DNA of 9,862 nt from a virus (Duplodnaviria; Heunggongvirae; Uroviricota; Caudoviricetes): IMG/VR virus record IMGVR_UViG_2778261457_000002, positions 1-9,862 of that record; one strand, given 5' to 3'. Under the pieces are notes generated by a model. That model had not been told where the DNA came from, searched no databases, and saw nothing but the letters and a program-made list of their open reading frames with translations. Positions 1-5,652 of this stretch are shown in pieces. A program made the position numbers and the translations under genes. The stretch's first letter is position 1; each line of letters begins with the position of its first letter.

Positions 1-493
1 GCTTCCGCCCGGCCCGTAATTTCAGCTGAATCAGACTGATGGAAGCCATTGCAGCATCAATCAGCGACTGGCGCTTTGCTTCTGCCGCTTCTACTGCGGC
101 ACTATGCTGTGCCTCGGTATCCATCACCCATTTCTCACCATCCCATTTATCATATGGCGTTAACGGGGCGATAGTGGTTGTATTTTCAGGGTAATCACCC
201 AGAGCTGTGATTTCTTTCGATTCTCCTGTTTCGGTGCTATAGATGATTTCACCGCGATGGTCTGGCACATATTCCCAACCAGTTGAATCAGCATTACGGC
301 GTATTGCGAAACCGTCTTTATTGCCGCCTGGTGCATCAACGCATGAATGGGCAGGAACACCGACGCCAAACGGCAGATATTCAACCGATGAACCAATATA
401 TTCACGCGTCGAACCATCGTAGTTGTAAACGATAATATAGCCCGCATCCGTGGCAAATCCGTTTTCGTCTAAAGTAATTTGTTTCGTTGTCAT
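1..493 (-). CDS. tfa: Tail fibre assembly protein (Tfa; Mu U / P1 U' type), 3'-partial, continues beyond window start
   Basis: Minus-strand frame from ATG at 493..491, overlapping the upstream stop as TAATG, is open to base 1. Translation MTTKQITLDENGFATDAGYIIVYNYDGSTREYIGSS...AEAKRQSLIDAAMASISLIQLKLRAGRK ends in the conserved C-terminal motif of phage tail fibre assembly proteins. Absent from the ORF track because it has no stop in the window. Confidence 0.85.
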   Translation of the reverse strand, partial: MTTKQITLDENGFATDAGYIIVYNYDGSTREYIGSSVEYLPFGVGVPAHSCVDAPGGNKDGFAIRRNADSTGWEYVPDHRGEIIYSTETGESKEITALGDYPENTTTIAPLTPYDKWDGEKWVMDTEAQHSAAVEAAEAKRQSLIDAAMASISLIQLKLRAGRK

Positions 494-966
494 TATGCTG
501 CCCTCACTATGAAGTTGAACGCTATGTTACGCGGGCGGTTTTCTGTGGCAGTTGGGACTTTGGTAGATGCGTCAAAATAAGCACTTGCGTATTTGAGGTT
601 AGTGTCAACAGTTGAATCAGTAGCTACTGTCCTTTGGTTTACTCGATCTCTCCCCGAAAATACACCAGACACATTAGATAAAAGGCCATCTCCATACCAA
701 CCTACAGTACCAGTAATATTCCGAATGGCGTCACCCTGAGCAGACAGAATTTCGCGCCCCGCGTCAATACCGCGCCCGTCATCCCAGCCACGAATAAACT
801 CACCACGTAAATCTGGCAATTCATTTGTCGGATAAACTTTTGCCAGTTTCGGATACTCTTCGGCAGAAAAAGGCGCACCATTGCATTTCAGCCAGCCTGT
901 TGGCGGAGTGGCTGAAGGCCACGGAACAGGTACACCAACGGGTAATGCCGAACCTTCTCCTAAACC
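493..966 (-). CDS. Tail fibre protein variable C-terminal segment (Sv'-type cassette), 5'-truncated at the recombination site
   Basis: Minus-strand frame is open from 1002 to stop TAA at 495..493. Translation ...LPVGVPVPWPSATPPTGWLKCNGAPFSAEEYPKLAKVYPTNELPDLRGEFIRGWDDGRGIDAGREILSAQGDAIRNITG... looks like the variable C-terminal part of Mu S / P1 S-type fibres. No credible start: the ORF-track start is TTG at 819, and the frame runs through the cix-like site into the invertase 3' end. Coupled by TAATG to the downstream tfa. Confidence 0.75.
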   Translation of the reverse strand, partial: GLGEGSALPVGVPVPWPSATPPTGWLKCNGAPFSAEEYPKLAKVYPTNELPDLRGEFIRGWDDGRGIDAGREILSAQGDAIRNITGTVGWYGDGLLSNVSGVFSGRDRVNQRTVATDSTVDTNLKYASAYFDASTKVPTATENRPRNIAFNFIVRAA

Positions 967-980
967 AAGGTTTAGGATTG
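955..980. other. cix/gix-type site-specific recombination (crossover) site for the adjacent invertase
   Basis: TTCTCCTAAACC-AA-GGTTTAGGATTG: two 12-bp arms, with 9 of 12 bp forming a perfect inverted repeat (958-966 and 969-977), around a 2-bp AA core at 967-968. This is the architecture and AAACC/GGTTT core of gix/hix/cix sites. It lies at the junction between the invertase 3' end and the fibre variable segment. Confidence 0.8.
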
Positions 981-1532
981 AAATGATGACGCCGGAAACT
1001 TTTTATAAAGCGTGGAAACAGCCACATCATAGATGATTGCAACCTGCTTACGGGAGATGCCCTTCTCCAGCAATCGCCGCATTTGCTGCCATGTCTCTTC
1101 CTGGTATTTAGGCCGACGCCCACCTATTCGACCTTCTGCGCGAGCTGCATCAAGTCCAGCGCGTGTACGTTCAACAATAAGTTCACGTTCCATTTCTGCC
1201 AGCGCCCCCATTACGTGAAAGAAAAAGCGCCCCATTGGTGTACTGGTGTCGATGGAGTCAGTGAGACTCCGGAAGTTAATGCCTCTGTCACGCAGCTCTT
1301 CCACCAGCACAACTAAGTGACGCATGCTGCGCCCAAGACGATCTAACTTCCATACGACCAGGGTGTCACCTCTGGAAAGCATACGGAGAACCTTTTTTAA
1401 CCCAGGGCGTTCAGTCTTTTTGCCGCTCGCCTTGTCCTCAAAAATTAGCTCACATCCTGCGCTTTCAAGGGCATTTCTTTGTAAAGCCGTGTTTTGTTCA
1501 TTTGTTGATACACGAACATAGCCGATCAGCAT
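972..1532 (-). CDS. cin: Serine site-specific DNA invertase (Cin/Gin/Pin/Hin family), 186 aa
   Basis: ORF-track protein MLIGYVRVSTNEQNTALQRNAL...DTLVVWKLDRLGRSMRHLVVLVEELRDRGINFRSLTDSIDTSTPMGRFFFHVMGALAEMERELIVERT...VAIIYDVAVSTLYKK has the resolvase/invertase N-terminal catalytic serine motif (YVRVST), the conserved core, and a C-terminal helix-turn-helix. AGGAG sits 8 nt upstream of the ATG on the minus strand. Length matches P1 Cin (186 aa). The symbol cin is assigned from context (dar operon neighbour) and not from an alignment. Confidence 0.92.
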   Translation of the reverse strand: MLIGYVRVSTNEQNTALQRNALESAGCELIFEDKASGKKTERPGLKKVLRMLSRGDTLVVWKLDRLGRSMRHLVVLVEELRDRGINFRSLTDSIDTSTPMGRFFFHVMGALAEMERELIVERTRAGLDAARAEGRIGGRRPKYQEETWQQMRRLLEKGISRKQVAIIYDVAVSTLYKKFPASSFQS

Positions 1533-1653
1533 GAGTTTTTCTCCTATGCGTTGTTCTTATGAGTCTGCGAATTTTAAAGAGCAAAGCGTTATGCACAGAA
1601 ATAACAATCTGAATAGGTTCCTGATTGATTTTTGTTAGATCCGGGAGGAACTT

Positions 1654-1938
1654 ATGCAGATTTTGATTTTTTTAATGTCCATTATTAGTGGAACCTATTT
1701 ATTTCTTACTGGAGTTAGGCGTGGAGCTTATAAGCCATGTTTTTTACATTGGCTTGAAGCATGGCTGCTTGCCATAAAAGGTGGTTTTGTTGGTTTTTGT
1801 CTTGCAGAAGTTCAGTGGGGAAACTCATTTTTGGATGTGGTTGCTTTTTTGATATGTAGTTGGAATAGCCATTTTGTATTAAGAATAACCAAAGTATGGG
1901 TTTTTCACTTGATTTACGAATGTATTGGCAAATTATGA
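1654..1938 (+). CDS. Small hydrophobic membrane protein, LydC-like position (putative holin-associated), 94 aa
   Basis: GGGAGG sits 5 nt upstream of ATG 1654. The product is rich in Phe, Leu, Trp and Cys with 2-3 predicted hydrophobic helices. It is the first gene of the plus-strand operon, divergent from the invertase, which is the position of lydC in P1. The region is AT-rich. Confidence 0.5.
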   Translation: MQILIFLMSIISGTYLFLTGVRRGAYKPCFLHWLEAWLLAIKGGFVGFCLAEVQWGNSFLDVVAFLICSWNSHFVLRITKVWVFHLIYECIGKL

Positions 1939-1972
1939 ACAACCAGATGAGAAGTTACTTTGCATACCATTA

Positions 1973-1992
1973 CCTCCTGACAACGTAGGAGG
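1973..1992 (+). promoter_or_regulatory. Candidate RNA hairpin sequestering the holin ribosome-binding site
   Basis: CCTCCT (1973-1978) is the exact reverse complement of the Shine-Dalgarno AGGAGG (1987-1992), separated by an 8-nt loop, immediately upstream of the GTG start at 1999. Confidence 0.3.
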
Positions 1993-1998
1993 GAACTT

Positions 1999-2328
1999 GT
2001 GCTTGACACACAGGAATTAGCTCCAGTTGCTATTGCGCTCCTGCTTTCAGTAATTGGTGGGATAGGCACGTTCCTGATGGATGTCCGAGACGGTCGCCAG
2101 TCTGGCAATTTGTTGGGATTGGTTACGGAGATCTTTGTTGCAGTGACAGCTGGCGCGGTGGCGTACCTATTGGGGCAACACGAGGGCTGGGAGTTATCAA
2201 TTACGTACTTAATGGTAACGATAGCCAGCAATAACGGTCATGAGGTGATTTCAGGGATGAAACGAGTGAATATCGATAGCATTCTGAATGTTCTTACAAG
2301 TTTGGTGAAAAAGGGAGGCGGGAAATGA
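1999..2328 (+). CDS. lydA: Holin (LydA-like), 109 aa
   Basis: GTG start with AGGAGGG 5 nt upstream. Product has two hydrophobic helices (PVAIALLLSVIGGIGTFLM and LLGLVTEIFVAVTAGAVAYLL) and a charged C-terminal tail (KKGGGK), the holin architecture. Stop overlaps the next start as ATGA. Size and position match P1 LydA as recalled. Confidence 0.7.
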   Translation: MLDTQELAPVAIALLLSVIGGIGTFLMDVRDGRQSGNLLGLVTEIFVAVTAGAVAYLLGQHEGWELSITYLMVTIASNNGHEVISGMKRVNIDSILNVLTSLVKKGGGK

Positions 2329-2768
2329 TTGGCTGGGGTGTATGCGTTCTTGCGTTAGCCTTAGCCGATCGCTATTTGCTAAAACGCAAGGACATCACGC
2401 ATTTAGAACTTGGTGATGTGGAAATTAAACCGGGTTTCATCCGGGTGCCGTTCAAATACCGGTCTAAATTCCCGTTTTTGCGCGGCGCAACGGTCAGATA
2501 TTGGATCCGCGATGTTCAGAAGCCGACGACAGTGATTGAAGGCGAACAACGTTGTTTGACGTCGGCTGAACAGGGCGAAAACAGTGAATGGTTGTACATA
2601 CCCACTGAATATATGGGTAAAGGAGAGCGACTGTGGCATTTCAACGTCATGGTTACGCATGGCGACTCGTTCATTAACCCGTTGTATCGGATTTTCCCTG
2701 TTACTCAGCAAATCCGCAGAAGTTACGTAATAAATCTCGCACAGGATGTGTCAGATGACGAAAAATAA
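2325..2768 (+). CDS. lydB: Antiholin / lysis regulator (LydB-like), 147 aa
   Basis: ATG at 2325 overlaps the holin stop (ATGA), with AAGGGAGG 6 nt upstream. Product has an N-terminal hydrophobic segment followed by a soluble domain. Size and position match P1 LydB as recalled. Confidence 0.6.
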   Translation: MIGWGVCVLALALADRYLLKRKDITHLELGDVEIKPGFIRVPFKYRSKFPFLRGATVRYWIRDVQKPTTVIEGEQRCLTSAEQGENSEWLYIPTEYMGKGERLWHFNVMVTHGDSFINPLYRIFPVTQQIRRSYVINLAQDVSDDEK

Positions 2769-3357
2769 GTATGCAACGGTCGATTTTGACCAGGTTAATG
2801 AAAAGGGGCTGAAATCCCTTATCGCGGCGATCAATAAAACCGGTGTTACGGTAATTGAGGTTGACTCCAGCAACCGCGCAACAACGAAAGATGGCGTTAA
2901 AGTTAAAACCGCAAAGCTGGTTCTTAACGATGGACAAATTCTTGCCATACAGGTAAACGATACTGGCGATATATCGTCTGTGAAGCTGAATGGAAAAGCT
3001 ATTCCTAACGCTCAGTCTCCGGATATCAAGACGCTTGGTACCGTCATGGGGCAAGCGGCCCGCAAAAACTCCGCAAAATTCCAGAAATCACTGATCGCCA
3101 AAGCGAAACGTGTTGCCAATCCGGTAGACAAGAAACCGGCAGTAAAATCCAACTTTCAGCGCCTGCAAGAGGCAAAACAGCGGAATGCTCAGGTGGTTGC
3201 CGCTTATAAGTCCGCGCAGAATTCGGTGTCTTTCAATCAACAGCAGATCACTGATTTGCGGGCGAAGCTGGATAAGGAGACGGGCCGACTCAATAACGAA
3301 AAGGCACGGAATGGCGAACTCAAACGTCGTCTTAAGCAACTGAAAGCAGGAAATTAA
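2755..3357 (+). CDS. hdf: Hdf-like protein (homolog of the DarA N-terminal region), about 200 aa
   Basis: Open frame 2746-3357. The ATG at 2755 is preferred because AGGA sits 8 nt upstream, whereas the ATG at 2746 has no spacer. Overlaps the lydB 3' end by 14 nt. Product shares short motifs with the next protein (KNSAKFQ; LNDGQILAIQ versus LSDGQTISIL) and has a coiled-coil-like C-terminus. Confidence 0.65.
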   Translation: MTKNKYATVDFDQVNEKGLKSLIAAINKTGVTVIEVDSSNRATTKDGVKVKTAKLVLNDGQILAIQVNDTGDISSVKLNGKAIPNAQSPDIKTLGTVMGQAARKNSAKFQKSLIAKAKRVANPVDKKPAVKSNFQRLQEAKQRNAQVVAAYKSAQNSVSFNQQQITDLRAKLDKETGRLNNEKARNGELKRRLKQLKAGN

Positions 3358-3358
3358 C

Positions 3359-5278
3359 ATGGAACAGTTCAATATCAATAAAGGGATGACGATCAAGCCT
3401 GGGCTTGACGTGCTTCCCCCGCCAGTGACTGATGATGAATATCGCGCATTAATGGCCGGTGAGGACCGCTATCTGATGACGGAATCCAACACCCTGGAGG
3501 AAATCGAGGCTACGTTCTTCTATGACACGCCGATCCACTGGTGTGCTACGGATTTACTGGAGGCGATTAGTTCTACTCGTTTGCAGTTACACCGGACCAT
3601 GCAGGCATTTGTCCGGGCATTGAACCAGAAGCTGAATGGTACCGGAATCTCTGCGGGGAGTGATAAAACGGGGGATGTGGCCCAGAGCGGCGCGCGCGCG
3701 ATCGGCGGCGCTGAAATTGGCCGGGCACGTAACGTTAACGGGCTGCCGGTCTTGCCAGCCATTATTCCGCTCAGTGATGGTCAGACTATCAGCATTCTGT
3801 TTCATAGCCCGACAGCGGAAAACCGGATCACCAATAGCGATACGCTGGTTGCTTTCCAGTTCTTACTGAATAAAAAAGACGTTACTCACACAGTTGCTCC
3901 GATGAGTGGACGTGATATGACGCTGGCGCAGGTCACCATGAAACTTGCCAACCTTGCAGAGAAAAACTCGGCAAAATTCCAGCGTGCGCAGAAGAAGAAA
4001 AAAGCCCTTGTTGATGAAATAACCCAACTACAGGCTGACAGTGACCAGAAAGAGGATGCCATGAGCGACCTCGCGGATCAGGTGGCAGCGGTAGAAGGGC
4101 AGAAGGCAGATCTGGAGCAGAAAATTAACGCTGTTGCATCGGAAGCGGATTCCCTTTATGAAGAGAATGAGCGTTTGCAGACGGAGATTGATCGGCTCAA
4201 TCGCACTGGTGGGCGCGATACCATTGCCCCTGCGGGGATGACTGGTGGGCACTCTCGCGCGCTGACGGATCGCCTTGCCAGTATCAAAAATCGTATGCAT
4301 ATGGACGGGGAAGCGACGCTCAGTAATGGTGCATCAATGAAGCAATTCATTGGGGATGGCGAAGGGTATATCCAGTTAACCGATCCGGATGGCAGCGTGT
4401 ACATGATCAAGGCTAAATCCATACAGGGTGTGGACATGGCAGATGCGATCGGCAAGCTGTTTAAAGCCTATAAAGCGGGTAATGTATCGGAATATCTGGT
4501 CCAACCAGAAGAACATAAACCGGAAAACGTCGAACCTGAATCAGCGGAGGATACCGGTAGCTCTTCGCCTGAACCAGAAGTCTCTGTAGGTGCATATCGA
4601 TATGCCCTGCAAATGCGTCCGGCGGCCCCTGGCGCGATACCTGAAGGTAACAAAGCAATTCTTCCGCGCCCTGATGAAGGTGACCCGTATTATGAATATG
4701 CACGCTACGGCATTGCTACTTACGATACCCCGCTTTCTGATCAGCAAATGAGTGAGTACGATCTGAAGTTATTGCCTCGCGAGGATTCTTTCGACTTCCT
4801 GGCGAAGACACTTACTAATGGTCCGTTTGGCAAATATGCACAAAAAGCTCTGGAGCTGGCCACCAACTCACCAGACGAGTTCCGCGTAATGCTGAAAACT
4901 CAGTTTCAAAAAACTTTCCCCAATATTGCGTTTCCGGGTGGCGCTGGCACCGAGAAAATGGTGCAGAGCATGATCAATGCATTGCAGGCCGAAGTCGGTG
5001 AGATTACTCAGCCAGAACCGGCCCCGGCACAGCCTGATGAAACGGTTAGCGAAGCAGATGCAGAGGCTAATAAAGCCATTGAATATCTCAATAACGTGAT
5101 GGATATGCAAAGCACTGACATGGCGGAGATCCGTAACGCCCGGGGTAATGTCCGGGAAGCGATTGCAGCCCTTCAGACTGCCGGGCGTTTTGAGGAAAAC
5201 GAAGAGCTGGTTAATGGCGCAGCTCGCCACCTGGCTGATCTGCTGGTAGCAATCCAGAAAGCGGGGGTAGCAGCATGA
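3359..5278 (+). CDS. darA: DarA-like antirestriction internal head protein, 639 aa
   Basis: AGGAAA sits 7 nt upstream of ATG 3359, 1 nt after the hdf stop. The 639-aa product has a central coiled-coil (QLQADSDQKEDAMSDLADQVAAVEGQKADLEQKINAVASEADSLYEENERLQTEIDRL) and acidic, proline-rich linkers. Size and position match P1 DarA as recalled. Confidence 0.7.
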   Translation: MEQFNINKGMTIKPGLDVLPPPVTDDEYRALMAGEDRYLMTESNTLEEIEATFFYDTPIHWCATDLLEAISSTRLQLHRTMQAFVRALNQKLNGTGISAGSDKTGDVAQSGARAIGGAEIGRARNVNGLPVLPAIIPLSDGQTISILFHSPTAENRITNSDTLVAFQFLLNKKDVTHTVAPMSGRDMTLAQVTMKLANLAEKNSAKFQRAQKKKKALVDEITQLQADSDQKEDAMSDLADQVAAVEGQKADLEQKINAVASEADSLYEENERLQTEIDRLNRTGGRDTIAPAGMTGGHSRALTDRLASIKNRMHMDGEATLSNGASMKQFIGDGEGYIQLTDPDGSVYMIKAKSIQGVDMADAIGKLFKAYKAGNVSEYLVQPEEHKPENVEPESAEDTGSSSPEPEVSVGAYRYALQMRPAAPGAIPEGNKAILPRPDEGDPYYEYARYGIATYDTPLSDQQMSEYDLKLLPREDSFDFLAKTLTNGPFGKYAQKALELATNSPDEFRVMLKTQFQKTFPNIAFPGGAGTEKMVQSMINALQAEVGEITQPEPAPAQPDETVSEADAEANKAIEYLNNVMDMQSTDMAEIRNARGNVREAIAALQTAGRFEENEELVNGAARHLADLLVAIQKAGVAA

Positions 5279-5640
5279 CACTATCAGCTATTGAGTTAAT
5301 GGACCTCAGCGATAAGTTGGATGCTCTGATGTCCAAAGCAGCTACCGCGAGTGGCATGGAGTTGCTGGATATCAGCGATGAAATTGACCAGATCATGCAA
5401 CAGATGGGGTACGGCGCGTCTGGCGACGGTAGTGGCGAGGAGAAACAACCTTCGGAACATGATGGTGTGCCAAAACTGGTTGCTGATTTCCTGGCTGATA
5501 AATTCGTCGATCAGAGCACAGATGCATTTATCGGTACGTTACAGGACTTGAGTCAATATGTTGGCATATACATCGACCTGGACCAGGTTAAACAGCACAC
5601 GGCGGCATGGATAGCCGCCAACATTAAAGAGGCAGCATAA
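5275..5640 (+). CDS. ddrA: DdrA-like small acidic protein, 121 aa
   Basis: ATG overlaps the darA stop (ATGA). Product has 22 Asp/Glu against 7 Lys and no Arg. Position and size match P1 DdrA as recalled. Confidence 0.6.
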   Translation: MTLSAIELMDLSDKLDALMSKAATASGMELLDISDEIDQIMQQMGYGASGDGSGEEKQPSEHDGVPKLVADFLADKFVDQSTDAFIGTLQDLSQYVGIYIDLDQVKQHTAAWIAANIKEAA

Positions 5641-5652
5641 GGCGTAACACGG

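Noticed and set aside
160-456. 98-aa minus-strand ORF from the ORF track
   Set aside because: It lies wholly inside the tail fibre assembly gene in a different frame, and its translation has no recognisable features. The real gene is the unlisted frame starting at ATG 493..491.
821-1123. 100-aa minus-strand ORF overlapping the invertase 3' end and the fibre cassette
   Set aside because: Out of frame with both the invertase and the fibre variable segment; the product is Arg/Cys/Trp-rich and looks like a shadow ORF.
1033-1521. Three plus-strand ORFs (1033-1218, 1083-1316, 1324-1521) antisense to the invertase
   Set aside because: They are antisense shadows of a confidently identified invertase gene, with no ribosome-binding sites and low-complexity products.
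1-1532. Alternative identity as Mu G-segment/gin or e14 P-segment/pin
   Set aside because: The invertase family and site type are the same, but the adjacent dar-like operon, the 186-aa invertase length and the neighbouring IS1 fit P1-type context better. This cannot be fully excluded without alignment.
2746-2754. Upstream ATG at 2746 as the hdf start (ORF-track start)
   Set aside because: It has no spacer to any Shine-Dalgarno-like sequence. The ATG at 2755 has AGGA 8 nt upstream. Both remain possible; the 3' end is unaffected.
1715-3396. Minus-strand ORFs antisense to the lysis and hdf genes (1715-1942, 1914-2231, 2403-2711, 2701-3054, 2751-2948, 3088-3396)
   Set aside because: All overlap better-supported plus-strand genes that have ribosome-binding sites and coupled starts. 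They are treated as antisense artefacts.
3520-5396. Short ORFs on both strands inside the darA-like gene
   Set aside because: They are nested within a long, coupled ORF, with no independent start signals and Arg/Pro-rich products typical of off-frame translation.
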